From an uncultured virus (IMG/VR IMGVR_UViG_3300046328_001173) (lineage: Duplodnaviria; Heunggongvirae; Uroviricota; Caudoviricetes), in the IMG/VR virus record IMGVR_UViG_3300046328_001173: DNA of 64,000 nucleotides. One strand, 5' to 3'. Of the stretch, positions 45,737 to 59,057 are shown in pieces. Each line of letters opens with the position of its first letter. Position 1 is the stretch's first letter. The notes beneath the pieces were generated by a model. It had not been told where the DNA came from. It saw only the letters and a list, made by a program, of their open reading frames with translations, and ran no database searches. The position numbers and the translations under genes were made by a program.

Positions 45737-46585
45737 ATGAGAAAAGAATTAATTCGTAACAATAGTTGGGATACGAATAGTTCAAGTTGCCATAGCATTA
45801 GTATCAGTTCTGATATGGAAGTGTTAGATACTATATATCCTGATGAAAATGGTGTTATTACAATTGAAGGAAGAGATTTTGGTAGATGGTTTGAAAGAAG
45901 TAATGATGTTAATATGAAACTTTCTTATGCTGTAACTTCTACTTTATATGATTTAAGTGAAGAAATATTAAAAGAAATTATTAAAGAACAAACAGGTTGT
46001 AATGAAGTTATTTTTAATGTTTCTGATGATTGGGATTCTCCATATTGGTCAAGTATTGATCACGAATCAGTTGAAATTTGTCCAAGAGAAAAAGAACAAT
46101 TAAGAAACTTCTTATTTAATAAAAACAGTTGGTTGTTCATTGCTCACGATGAAGGTACACCAGAACCTGGCTTTTATGATGTTTTACCTATTTATACAAT
46201 AAATGGTGTGATAGAACCTTTATTTAAGTATGAATTAATTATTCCTTTGATTAATAAATCTTTTAAATTTTTAGATTTACCTAATCAACAAGACTTTAAA
46301 AATTTAATTGATTCGCTTAAAGTACGTTACAACAAAACAAATAAAATTTGGCAAACTAATACTCATTCTTGGTCAAGTGATGAAGAATATTATGAACCAG
46401 AAGATTATTTAGAACAAGATTTAAATAATCGTTATATTCTTGTCTTTAACGATAAAAAATTAAAAGATTTGTGTTATCATAAATGGAAATGGGAGGAACG
46501 AAAGGAACGTAAAGAAGTTTTTTTAAAAGCTCGTCAAAATTCTAAATATTTTAAAAAATTGCCTTTTACAATAACAGAACTATGA
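45737..46585 (+). CDS. Phage protein with N-terminal TNSSS.HS motif
   Basis: IRNNSWDTNSSSCHSISI and later IDHES. Confidence 0.7.
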   Translation: MRKELIRNNSWDTNSSSCHSISISSDMEVLDTIYPDENGVITIEGRDFGRWFERSNDVNMKLSYAVTSTLYDLSEEILKEIIKEQTGCNEVIFNVSDDWDSPYWSSIDHESVEICPREKEQLRNFLFNKNSWLFIAHDEGTPEPGFYDVLPIYTINGVIEPLFKYELIIPLINKSFKFLDLPNQQDFKNLIDSLKVRYNKTNKIWQTNTHSWSSDEEYYEPEDYLEQDLNNRYILVFNDKKLKDLCYHKWKWEERKERKEVFLKARQNSKYFKKLPFTITEL

Positions 46586-47442
46586 AATACATTAACGGTA
46601 ATGCTGAAATAACATTACAAGAAAATGGTACTCGTATTATTGAGTATGAAGATGAATTAAAACTAGATTACCCTACAAATGTTGATATAAGAGTTTCAAC
46701 CTCTTGTTCTTTCGCTGATAATATCTGTAAAGCGTTTTGTTATGAATCAGCTTTGGTAAATGGTAAAGATTGTGATTATGAAGCTCTAAAACAAAAACTA
46801 ATTGGTTTACCGAAAGGTATTGAATTAGCTATTGGTTGTAATCATTTTACTGAAAATTTGTATCAATTTTTAGATTGGTGTAATCAACAAGAATACATTT
46901 GTAATTTAACTATTAATCAAGGTCACATTAATCGTGATTTTGAATTGATTGAAAAAGCTATTACAAATAATCTTGTAAAAGGTTTAGGTATATCTTATCG
47001 TAAGGAACTTAAATGGATTGGACCACAGTATATTCTTGATTATTCTAATACTATTTTTCACATCATTGTTGGCATAGATTCTTTTAATGATGTAATGTCT
47101 TTAAAAGACAAAGGTGTTAAGAAATTGCTTTGTTTAGGAGAAAAAAATGTAGGATTTAATCAAGGTAAAGTAAATTTACAGTCAATAAATCACAAAGAGT
47201 GGTATTGGTGGGTTGCAAAACTATTTAGTGAGTTTGAAGTTGTTTCTTTTGATAATTTAGCATTAGAACAACTTAATATAAAAAGATTCTTTAATGATAA
47301 AAATTGGGATATTTTTAATCAAGGAGAATATTCTTTTTATATTGATGCAGTAAATCAAACTTTTGCACCAAGTAGTAGAAGTAAAGACGTAACAAGTTGG
47401 AAAGATTTAAGTATTTCTGAATATTTTAAAAATAAACTATAA
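46582..47442 (+). CDS. Radical SAM protein (atypical CX6CX3C motif)
   Basis: VDIRVS..CSFADNICKAFCYESA; ELAIG; VVSFDNLALEQL; FYIDAV. Confidence 0.75.
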   Translation: MKYINGNAEITLQENGTRIIEYEDELKLDYPTNVDIRVSTSCSFADNICKAFCYESALVNGKDCDYEALKQKLIGLPKGIELAIGCNHFTENLYQFLDWCNQQEYICNLTINQGHINRDFELIEKAITNNLVKGLGISYRKELKWIGPQYILDYSNTIFHIIVGIDSFNDVMSLKDKGVKKLLCLGEKNVGFNQGKVNLQSINHKEWYWWVAKLFSEFEVVSFDNLALEQLNIKRFFNDKNWDIFNQGEYSFYIDAVNQTFAPSSRSKDVTSWKDLSISEYFKNKL

Positions 47443-48338
47443 ACTACATTATGAAATACAAAATTAAAATAAATTATTCTACTGGAAATAGTTTTGGTTT
47501 AAATAACACTTCTGATATTCTTGAATTAGATTTTGAAGATTTGAATGTAGCAAAAGCAAATCTTTTAAGAATAAAAGAACATTATGAGTTGTATAAATTC
47601 ATTGATAGCTACACTAACAGAAAAAAACTTTCAGAAGAAGATTTTATAAAAGAATGTTCAGCAAAAGATTGGTTTGTAAAAGGAAAGTACGATTCTGAAA
47701 TGTTTTATAATATTAAACTCTATACAGATACTAGAAAAGTCTTTCAATTATCTTGTTTTTGGATTGGGTTTTTTGAAAAGTTACATTTTATTGAAATTAT
47801 TCTCGATTCAGATGTATTGTGTTATGAATTTTAATTAAGGTTTAACTTATCGCAAATTTATTCAATAACTGTGACAATTCATTTTAATTTTTAATAACTA
47901 TGATAACACAAGAACAATTACAGATACGTTTAAAAGAATTAGAGACAAAAGAATCCAATTCAGAATTTGAATTTGGTCAAATATCTCTTTTGAAAAGTTT
48001 ACTAGAATCTATTAAATCTCTAAATAAAAATATTGAGGTTTGGAGTCCTGAAAAAATTAAATTAGGTAACAAACTAAGTAAATTAACTCGTCTTATTAGA
48101 AGAATTGAAAAACTACTGCCTGATTTAGTTAAAAATGTAGAAGGAGGTTCCGGCTGGATTTATGAAATGTTTTGGAGTGAGACACTGAAACCTCACATTT
48201 CTTATGGAGTTAAAATTCCTGATAGTTGTTATCGTAGAGAACCAGATTTTCCTTCAGATATTTGGATACGTGTTGAAATTAATTTCAATCGTTGGTTAAA
48301 ATTTAATCAAGAAATTTCTAAAATACTTAAACAAATTG

Positions 48339-49016
48339 ATGAACTACCAAATAATCAATAATTCAAAAGCTCTTATAGAGTTTATTGAATTTCTTCCTGA
48401 ATTAAATTCTAATGAATGTTATTATGTTTCTTTATTAGCTAGAAACAAATACTTTAAAATAGAAGGTCTTAGAGGAGATAAACAACAACTTAAAAGATTT
48501 GTTTCTAAAAAATATAATCTTTATGAAAAGATTGAGAAATTAGAAGTCAGATTAGGTTCATATAAAGTAAAAGGATTAGAAATTCCTCAAGAAGCTTTGG
48601 TGTTATATATTACAATTAATCCTAGAAATGAAAGTAAAGCTTTATTAAAAATAATTAAAGATTCTGCTGAATTACTTTATTCTAGGAATGAAAATGTAAA
48701 TGTACTTCAAATAGCTTTGACAGCTATACATAAATCAAAAGGAAAAACTAGATATATAGATTTTGATTTTGATAATGTAGAAATAGAAGATTTAAAGCCT
48801 ACTATTTATGACATAATTAATCCAGAAGCTTGTGTGTTTATACAAACAAGAGGAGGATTTCATTTACTTGTTAATGTGAACAAAGTAGATAAAAAATATG
48901 TCAAAACTTATTACAAATCTTTATCTACCTTAGGTAGTGTAGATATAAAAGGAGACAATTTAATTCCTGTCCCTGGTTGTTGTCAAAGTAGATTTACACC
49001 AAAAATTATTGTTTAA
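48339..49016 (+). CDS. Hypothetical protein with AEP/PrimPol-like motifs
   Basis: DFDFD (DxD) and TRGGFHL motifs. Confidence 0.5.
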   Translation: MNYQIINNSKALIEFIEFLPELNSNECYYVSLLARNKYFKIEGLRGDKQQLKRFVSKKYNLYEKIEKLEVRLGSYKVKGLEIPQEALVLYITINPRNESKALLKIIKDSAELLYSRNENVNVLQIALTAIHKSKGKTRYIDFDFDNVEIEDLKPTIYDIINPEACVFIQTRGGFHLLVNVNKVDKKYVKTYYKSLSTLGSVDIKGDNLIPVPGCCQSRFTPKIIV

Positions 49017-50541
49017 TTTTTTTTTCATATTAAAAATCTTTCTTAAAATGAATCAGTTACAAAAATTTTGTGAAGCTTCTCTTAAAACTTTTAAAAATTC
49101 TTTTATTTTTGGTTTAGAAGCAAGAGAATCAGAAATACAAGCTATTTTAAAAGTTGTTGAATCCTTAATGTTATCTGATTTTCTTTGTAAAAAAGATTTA
49201 TTAAAAGCTAAAAGTGATTTAAAAAAGATTCAGAAAGAATATAAAACTTCTATTGCTTTTTTAAAAGAAAAAATAAAATATTTTGAATAAGACTTTATTA
49301 AAATGTAATTAAATAAAATAAAGAAGCTACGTTGATAAGTTGTAAAAAACCTTTAAAATAGTTAATATATGAGACCCGTAATTGAAAAGCAATCCTTCCT
49401 AATGATTCTGAAAAAAATCGAAAACAACATTCTTAGGTTAGCTTTATTTTATTTAATTTTTAATGCATTAAATCAATTGTACCTAATAAGTTTTTGGAAA
49501 TATGACAAAAGACGAATTAGTTCAAAAAGTTCAATACTTTGAACACAGTAATCCTAAACTGGATTAGTTATTTAATTACAGTGATCTTGGCACAGAGTAT
49601 TTTAAACATTTAACTTCCGAAAAAGCTGTTGAATTGTTTAAATATGACAAAATTGAAAATTTTAGTGATTCTAGAATTAAGTTTATAAATGAAGACATTG
49701 TTTTAGAATATGAGTTGGCTCAATTATAGAAAGAACACTTAGATAGCTATTTACTTGAAATGCCTGAATTGTTATATAAAAAAGGTGACGATATTTACTA
49801 TTATATCAAAGGTACAGAGTGGAAAAAAGGTAAACGTAGAACTACAAGTGTGGAATTATTTGCTAAAAATACAGCTAATAATACTATCAATAATATCATT
49901 GACTTATGGGTTAATAATGCTGTACTTGAGAAAAGTATTTGGAATACTGATTATCCTACTGAAGTTCCTTTAATTATTGACCTTCAAAAATGGGTTTATT
50001 ATAACTGTAAAGACATCTCTTTCACTTTCTTACCAGAAGGAGTTTTAGTTGAATTTAGACTTTATAAAGAAATTGATGACTTTATAAATGCTTTTTACAA
50101 GACTTTAGATAAATTTTCAATTTTTAAACACAAATAAAGAATAATAAAATGAAAAATTCATTAAAACTTTTGTTTCTATTTCAGTAGATTTAATATTTAA
50201 GTTAGATTTTGATAAAAACTCAATTCCAGTTGTTATTAAAACTAAAAATAAATTAAATGTAGTTCATAAATTGCTTATCAATTGGTTAGTAGATTGTAAA
50301 ATTCAATTGAGTTATTGGCAGTCTAAATCTTATAGTAAATTAAGACAAAGAATAATTAAATTCTATCAAAATTCTCTTACAGATGAAATAGTAAATTTAC
50401 AAAAAGAATATTATTCCAAATTAAATTGAGTTGTAAAAGACTAAAAAAATACAGTGTTAAATTAAATGTTTTTTATTTTAGAGGTTTGGTTTTATCAACT
50501 AAATTTCTTTTTTATAGAAAATCTAGTAAATTCAAAATACT

Positions 50542-53500
50542 ATGGAAGATCTAGCTTATCAATTTAAAAATGCAATTGTTCCAATTAAAAAATTTAAAAA
50601 TTATGTTAAATTAATACCTTCTAAAAAAATTTATACTTTTTATACTAAATGTTACTGTTTGTTTGAAGTTTGGAATAATGGTAGAAAGTATCCAGTAAAA
50701 TATGATGCTGTATTTAGTTGGAACAATTTTCGTAAAGGTAAAATACCTATTTTTCATACAAAATATTATAAATATGAAAGAGCTATGTTACTTAGGGAAA
50801 AGTATTGGTTTAAATATAGGCGGTATATTTATGATTATATATCTAGAAGTAAAATGGAAGAAAAGTGGGGGTTTAGATACGAAATAGAAACGGTATCTGT
50901 ACCATATTTTAGGTGGGTAAATGATTTAGAGAATTTAAAAGAAAACTCAATTTTTTCAGAAGATAAACCTAATTTTATTAATCTAGGTAAAGGACATTAC
51001 TGTATTAAATCAGACACTGATGCTGTTTATCATTATTATAAATCAAAAAAATCTACTATTAATAAATCAACCTACAGGTCTAAATTTTATAAACGACAAT
51101 TAGAATACAAAGGTTGGTTTTATGATTTATCAAAAGATTTTAATATTATTAAAGATTGGAATACAGTTTACGAAGCTTATTTAAATCATTTAAACTTAAA
51201 ATAATATGATTCAAGAACTTATTAAACAATATGCAAAAAGGATAAAGTTATATTTTGATGAAAACCATTTTATATTCTTTATTAATCTTAAATTTTTTAA
51301 TGAGAAGTTAAATAAACATCTTGGATTTGGACAATTTTACGAAACTCAATGGTCTTTTAAAGGATTTGAAGTTACTTGTCTTAAATTTACAATAGTAAAA
51401 AAAAAGATAATTTTTGCATATTTACAAAGTCATCACATAAAAGATTTTGTGCGTAATTTAGACTTACAAGAAAATCCTTTAGAAGGTGTAAAATATAGAC
51501 CTGATAAACAAACTTATTTTGAGGAGTCTATTCAAGAATATGTAGACCAATCAAATGAAGATTATCACGAAGATAATTGGATGTATGACAGTCAAACTAA
51601 TTCTAGAAATTTATTTGATATGTCTTTACCTACGTTATCTGAATATATTAAATCAGAAGAATTCTTATTGAATTATGCTGAAAGATTCTTACAAGAAACT
51701 TTATTAATTGAATAAAGCAAATCTTAAACTTTAATTTTATTTTATGCACACAATATACAGAATAGAATATACTGACGGTAGGGGTATTTGGAGAGCTAAA
51801 ATTGATGAAGAAGATTATGTTTGGGAAACATTGTCTTTTAAAAAAGATTTAGAAAATAAACATTGGGATATTCCTAATCCTTATGAAGATCGTAACATAT
51901 TGAGACCACCGTTACGAACAGAATATTTTGCTTTTGAATCTATTGAACAAATGAATTTTTGGATAGAACAATCTTGGTATAAAGAATTAATAGAAGTAGG
52001 TTTTAAAATCTTAGCTATTAATATAAATGAAATAATTATAGGAGAATATCAAGTGTTGTTTAAAAAAACTGATATTATTTCTATTACAGACATTTCTAAT
52101 TCATTTTTAATTTAAATAATATAAAATTATGGCTTCAAAATTAATAAACCACGAGTACAATGTTTTTATTGGTGATTTGTTTGCACATCAAGGTAAAATA
52201 ATGAAATTTCTAGGTGTATTTGAACATCAATATTCGCCAGAATTTGCTAATGAAGGAGAATTATCTCTTCAATTTATGTTTATAGGCTCTAAAATAAGAG
52301 GCATAGAACCTATAGAAGATGATGATCCCGAAGGTTTGAATATAAGTGATGAAATCGAATACATATATGATTTTGCATTTGGTATTATTAAAGACTATTT
52401 TGAAAATAGTTATATTCCTTTAAAAGATTGTAAAGGATATGATAAAATAGTTAAGAATTTTGAAGAAAAAATAAAAATGATTGAATTGTTAGATGATATT
52501 GAATAATTCACACTTTAAACAAACTTTTTATGCTACAAATAACAGTAAAACTTACAGAAGAACTTGAAGTCTATATAAAAGATGGTGTAGTTCAAAATAA
52601 TAAAGGTGAAATTGATAGTTGGTATGGTTCAGAGATTACTAAAAAAATTAATTTAAACGAAATACTCGAACACGTAAAAGGATTACCTAATGGTAATTAT
52701 AGAATCAGCCTAGTTGTTGAAAGAATTTAAGTAAAATAATTTAAGTCTGTTATAATCTATTTTATAACATACTAATCTTTTAAACAAACTTTCTTATGAC
52801 ATTATCTGCATTAATAGAGTATAGTCATCAATTAAATTATCTAATTGGTTATCAATTAGGTTTTAGTTATAGTTCAGAAGATAACATCTTTGAAATCAAT
52901 TTTTATCAAAATGGAAATAGATTTTTATCTTTTGAAATGATAAATATGACAGAAGAAGAAACTTGTCTTCATTTTTTAAATGAGAAAGAATTTGATTTAA
53001 CTTATTCTTTTAAATTAGAAGAATATAATCTATTAGAGTTAGACTCATTTATTAACAATGTAGAAATAAATAAGAAACAAATTGAACCTTTAATAAAAAG
53101 AATTAAAATTTTTCGTTATTTGAATGAAATAAGTGATCCAGATTCTTATCTTACAAAATTTACAGATTTATTAGAAAGAGTCAAAGAATTAGTTAAACTA
53201 CTTCCAGAAGGATATATGCTTTGGTTTAGTTGTGGTTCTAACTTCTCTGATGTAAGGTCTGATATTTCTAAATATAAATCTGAAACTGATTCTTATTGGT
53301 CAGTAGGTTGTGTAGAAAATAGGTGGAAATATACTTCTAAAATGGATTGTCATACAAGAATTATGAATTGTATTGAACAAACTGAGGAATTATTGAAAAA
53401 TCTTAAATAAAAATTCAAAATTATGTTAGAGCACGAAATTTTTCAAAAGGTTGTTTCTTATAATAAACAAAGAAGTGAATTATTTAATTCAATGACTGCT

Positions 53501-54339
53501 TTGGATTATGTAAGATATATAATGACTGTTGAAGACCATAAAATTCCTGTTAGAGATATTGAATCTTTTAATAAATGGAATAAAGTATTATCTGGCACAA
53601 TAGATTTTGTATTATTTGATAATGATTGTATAGATCTATATACATTAGATACATTTAAAGGAAATTATAGCTATTTTTTAAATTTTCTATTAAAATATCG
53701 TAAATACATCTATTGCTATCAATATAAACACATATCTAAATTAAAAAAAATTTATTGGGATTTGGGTTTAACTCACAAAGAAGAACAAATTTACAATGAA
53801 TTATTAGGAAATAAAGTTATTTACAAGCATAAAAACAAATTATTATGTTAGAATCTATTTTAAAATTATGGGCAGATAAAATCAATTTGTTTTACTGCAT
53901 TACATTTAAACAATTTGAAATTAAATTAAAAACAGAAAGAATAACTGAAGATTTTCCAGATCAAATAGCGTTATATCCACGGTCTTTTAATGGTGTTTTT
54001 GAAGTTACTCAAAAAGAATTTCATCTAATTAAATTTTCATTATTAAAGTCTATGCTTTCTAAAAGTGGGTATGAATGGATTTCTTACAGTTCTTTTGTAG
54101 AAGAAGGTCTAACTAAATATTTCACTGAAAATATAGACTATATACCTGATCCAGATTCAAAATGGGATAGTGAAGAAGGTACTTATATAGTTGAAGATTC
54201 AGAAGAAGAGTATAATGAAACTTATCCTGATGTTAAATGGAATAGAGAACTACCTTATTATTCTACTTTCATTTACAGTGATAAAGTAGTTGAAAAATTT
54301 CTAAATGATTATTTAGAGAGTGTATTAATTGTAAGTTAA
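50542..54339 (+). other. Block of hypothetical CDSs including paralogs 51206 and 53845
   Basis: ORF track. Confidence 0.75.
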
Positions 54340-54740
54340 ATTTTAAATTAAACCTTAATTTAAAACCTCTTATGAAAAATTATTCATTAAATTTTCAAGC
54401 TGTGTTCGATTCTATTGAAGAATTACAAGAAATTTTTAAAGATGTTTTAGAACAACTTGAAAATGAAAGTTTTGATGAACATCCTAATTGTTTGACATCA
54501 ACTTATGATGTTGAGGTATTAAAATGGGGGTAATAAAGATGTGCTTTAATTTAAAGATAGGTTAAAGTTGTACGAATTGTTGTGTAGAACTGATGCTATT
54601 GTAAAATATGGAGAAAATTATCAAAGTATTCTTACAAATATTAGAGAGTTTATTTCTGAATCAGATGTAAACTATGATGAAGTAATTAGGTTGTTGAATG
54701 AATTAGTAAAAATTAAAAATCCAAACTAAAAAATATACTT

Positions 54741-55052
54741 ATGTTAAAAGGAGATATAGTTTATTGCGATTTTCCGTCTTTTGGAGATAAACCAAACAGA
54801 CCTGCTATTATATTAGATGTAACTGAAACTTCAGTTTACTGTTTAAGAATAACTCACAATGCTTCTAAATCTTCTTATGAATTGCCAACAGATTTAAGAG
54901 GAATAATAGAATGTTGTACCGCTATTACTGGATTTATTTATTTAAATCCTACAAGTATTTTAAAAGGTTTGTGTAGAATATCCCATTGTTCTCAATGTAA
55001 AATAAGTTTAGGTTTAAAAATAATTTTAATAAGATATGGAATCAAATTCTAA
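54741..55052 (+). CDS. PemK/MazF-like protein
   Basis: GDIVY.DFP...K..RPAII, then LRIT. Confidence 0.6.
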   Translation: MLKGDIVYCDFPSFGDKPNRPAIILDVTETSVYCLRITHNASKSSYELPTDLRGIIECCTAITGFIYLNPTSILKGLCRISHCSQCKISLGLKIILIRYGIKF

Positions 55053-57178
55053 ATACGCAGTTTATTTAGTTTCTAATAATCAATCAAATGAATATTGGAA
55101 ACAGTTTTTATTAGATAACAAATCTCAAGCTACTTCTGTTTTTTACAGAATAAGTAAATCACATCCAGTAATGATTCAAAACATTGAAGAAATTCCAGCA
55201 ATTCAAGTTGAATGGTTAGAACCAATGGTTATTGAAAATGGATTTGGTAAATTAATTCCTATAAATGAAAGAAGTATGTTTGATTTGGAATGGTTGGAAA
55301 GAAATCAAAACTTTTTAAAATAAATTTTTACTTTATTAAATCAAACTTTATATGAAAAAACATCAAGAAACAGCAAAGTATTTTGAGCATTTAATTGATA
55401 CACTCAAAAAAATGCAAGTTCATTTTGAGAATTATAATGCTACAATACCAGAAAATCAATATCCAATTTATCCTGTTGTTGTTGATTTTCAACATTCAGA
55501 TGGATACGGTTTTGATGAAGAAACTCAATCTTATGGAGAAACTCCTAACATTTATTTTACAGATAGTTCAGAATGTTCATTAGTAGAACACGGTAATATA
55601 GATTTAATTAAAGGAATATTTTCTTTTGGTTCAGAAATGAAACCAGAATTTGAAGAAGTTTACAATTTTAAGGAAAAACCAACAGAAGAAGAATCAGATT
55701 GTTGGTATGATTGGTTAGATATTTTACCAGAGACTGTTGAGCCTAATTTAACTGATTTTAGAAACTCTGATTTTTATAAAAATTGGTTTAAAATTAATTA
55801 ATTTCAATTATGTCTCAACAATTAAGTTTATTTAATAATATACCTGTTACTATAATAAATGTAACAGGTATAAATGAAAAAATATTCTATTTCGAAAAAG
55901 AAGAATTAGAATATTGTGATTTTATTAATGGTAAATGGTATTATTATGAACCTAATTTATCAAGAATTAAAGGAGTTTTTATTATTAATGTAAAATTAAA
56001 GAATGAAAGAGCTTTTGTAGCTTATAAACCTTTAAAAGATATTATTTATTATCCACTACAGTTTGTCGTAAGAAATGAGTATGAAAATTCTAATGTGCAT
56101 AACAACTTCTTTTTTTTCTAGTGTTTTAAATAGTCTAGGAATAACAATAGATGAAGAAATAGAAAATTATATTAGAAAAGAATATAATAAATTAAAACTT
56201 AAATCAAATGTTTAAATATCAAATAATTGAAGTAGAAGATAATACTCTTCTTGTTGATAACAGTAAATATAAAAACAAATCAAAAAATACTTTAAGACCT
56301 AAACAAAAGATAATTGCAGTTAAATATAAACGTAATAAGGTTCCTTTATTAGAAAAATCTTTTTTAGTTGAATGGGAAGCTAATCCAGATTTAATTATTC
56401 AAGATTATGTAATAGAAGAAGGTATTTGTAAAATTAGTTACATTTTACCAAAAGATATAATGTATTTAGATCTACCAGAAGGTTGGAGATACGGGTTTCC
56501 TAAATTATTTATTAATCCAGATGGAACTAAACCTGAAAGTATAAAATAATTTTTATTGAATAATGGATATTCTCTTAAATTAATAGAATCTTTTGGAGAT
56601 TTTTTTACTTGTAGAATGTTTCCACAAGACTTTTCAAATTAAATCTATGGTAGCACAAATTCAAACTCAAAATCAAATAATTCAAAGAATTCCTAGTTGT
56701 TTTCAACTAATAGAATTTCTTAAACTTCGTCAATTCTTATTTTCTATACCACATATACATAAAGGAGGTTGTGGATTTTCTGCTTATGTAATGATAAAAT
56801 ATCTACAATTTTTAGATTACAATGTAGATAATATTAATGTGATGTATAGTGATAAATGTCTCACAGCTAAACAACACATTTGGAAAGATAATATCAATAA
56901 TAATTTACGTTCTTGTAGACATATACTTCTATTAGAGGATGGAATTATTTTTGATTGTGAACAAATAGAATATAATCTATCTGATTTTTTAAATCATAGT
57001 CAATTTGATTTATTAAAATTTGTTAATTGTGGAAATGAAAAAGCTTTTTTAGATTTTAAAACTGCAATTCTTAACAGAAATGATTGGAATAATAAGTTTA
57101 AATACAAAAGAGCTATAACAAAGATAAATAAATTCTTGAATTTTGAATTCTTAACCGAATCAGATTTATAGACAAAGT

Positions 57179-57757
57179 TTATTTCAACAACTTTTTTATT
57201 GCTGTAATATTGTATCCAACTTGTTCAATTCTTTTATAACCTAGAATATTTATTGCTTTTGTTATAAAAGAATACTTTTTATTCAACTTTTTGTCTAGTA
57301 TATCTTGTTGCCAAGTATGACTTTCTCTAAGTTGAAGAATACAAGATTTAAAGTTATTATTTTTAATAGATATAGAAGAACTATTTTTTCTATTTCTTTT
57401 ATTACCTTTTACTACAACTCCACCAATAGTTGAATTATATCCTTTACGATAAGAATTAGAAGATTTAATTAATTCTATTTCTTTTTCATTAAGATTATTT
57501 CCTTCATATTCAACTTTCCAAACCCAATCAAATGTTTTACTATTCTTTAAAGCTCTTTGAAACTTATATTTAGGTTTCCTTGCATCTTTATAATGTTGTG
57601 CTTTTCTCATTTCTAATCCAACAGTAGTTTGTCCTATATAAACTAATTCTGTTTCTGTATTTGTAGCAGAATAAATTATTCCTACTAATTGATTTTTAAG
57701 TTCATTAATTTGTACTTTAATTTTATTATTATGAGTAATTATTTCTTGTTGTGTCAT
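57179..57757 (-). CDS. GIY-YIG homing-endonuclease-like protein
   Basis: GIIY..TN......YIGQT...L..R...H ... E...I....S...GYN.T.GG. Confidence 0.85.
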   Translation of the reverse strand: MTQQEIITHNNKIKVQINELKNQLVGIIYSATNTETELVYIGQTTVGLEMRKAQHYKDARKPKYKFQRALKNSKTFDWVWKVEYEGNNLNEKEIELIKSSNSYRKGYNSTIGGVVVKGNKRNRKNSSSISIKNNNFKSCILQLRESHTWQQDILDKKLNKKYSFITKAINILGYKRIEQVGYNITAIKKLLK

Positions 57758-58191
57758 TTTAAACTATTATTTTAAATTATTTGAATTATTAATTAAACTT
57801 CTACAAAACTATGAAATTAGCTGACATTAAACAACAAATTGATGATTATTATCAAAAATTCTATGAAGAATTAGAATCAAATAAAGAAGATTTAAATTTT
57901 CCTGTATTTTTTGAACCAAATGACAAAGTATGGAGTTTTATATTTGGTTTTGGTACAGTTGTATCTATACTAGAAGACACAAATGACTTTTTTGTTAGAT
58001 TTGACAATATTCCTGAAGAATTAAAGTGGCATACATATCTAGGAGAATACATAAAAGAGTTTTCTGATGGAGAAACAGTTTATTTAGAATTAGTAACTCT
58101 TTTTCAAGTTGGAGATGATTTTATTGAACCTATTATTCCTGTTAATATAATTAAAAATAAATTTTAATTTACATTTTAAAAAATAACCTTT

Positions 58192-58791
58192 ATGAAAACC
58201 ATAGAAGAAAAAAATATCTTAAAATCTACGCCTTTTGTAGCTAAATGGAAAGAAGAACAAAAATGCCGTGAAAAAGAACACATTAATTCTTTTCCTGAGT
58301 TACAACTAGATGTAGCTTATTGAAAGGACTATTTAAATAAACATAGTTGGATTGATTTCAGTGGATTTACAAGAGATATTATTGTAGATTATACAAAAAG
58401 CCTTCCTGCATTGTTGTCTTACGTAGAACATTTAAATATGCTAGGAGATTTTAGTGCTGCTGTAAGATTTATTGCAGGAGATTTGTTTACAGATGTTGTT
58501 TTAGAAGTAAATTATGAAGATTGTGGAGGACAAAAACTATTTAAGATACCTAAAACCTTTAAGAAAGTTGATGGTTGGTTTACTAATCCTGAAAATAATC
58601 TTGTAACAGTTTCTATAAATAAAAAAACTAATAGTGTTCAATTTACTATTGATGTAGACAAAGCTGGTGTTTTAGATGTTTATTTAAGACACAATGCTCT
58701 GCAATTCAGTGACTATTATAGTCTTAATTTGTTTCTATTGTATGTAGAATTTTTTAAAATGTTAAAAGCAGAAAAAAAACCAAAATTATAA
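58192..58791 (+). pseudogene. Hypothetical gene with a single in-frame TGA
   Basis: ATG 58192, TGA 58321, same frame as the 58411 ORF. Confidence 0.65.
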
Positions 58792-59057
58792 AAAAATTTG
58801 AAAGAATACTTTGTAGAGCAATACGTAAATTAAATCGTAAAATGGGTAAATATAAAAATTTTTTCGTTAGAGATGAGGCTACAGATTTATATATTCCATC
58901 TAAAAAACACGACAAATATCTTAAACATCTTAAGATTGTTATTAAATCAATGGGAGATTTCAATCCTTATACTAAACTTAAAAAAGAACCTATTAATGAA
59001 TATAGTTATTGGCATTAACTAAACTTATTATTAAATAACTAATTTAATTTAAACTAT

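Noticed and set aside
900..58963. Short antisense or nested ORFs in the track (e.g. 900, 950, 1409, 5436, 7126, 20389, 40083, 57861)
   Set aside because: They are shadow frames overlapping better-supported genes.
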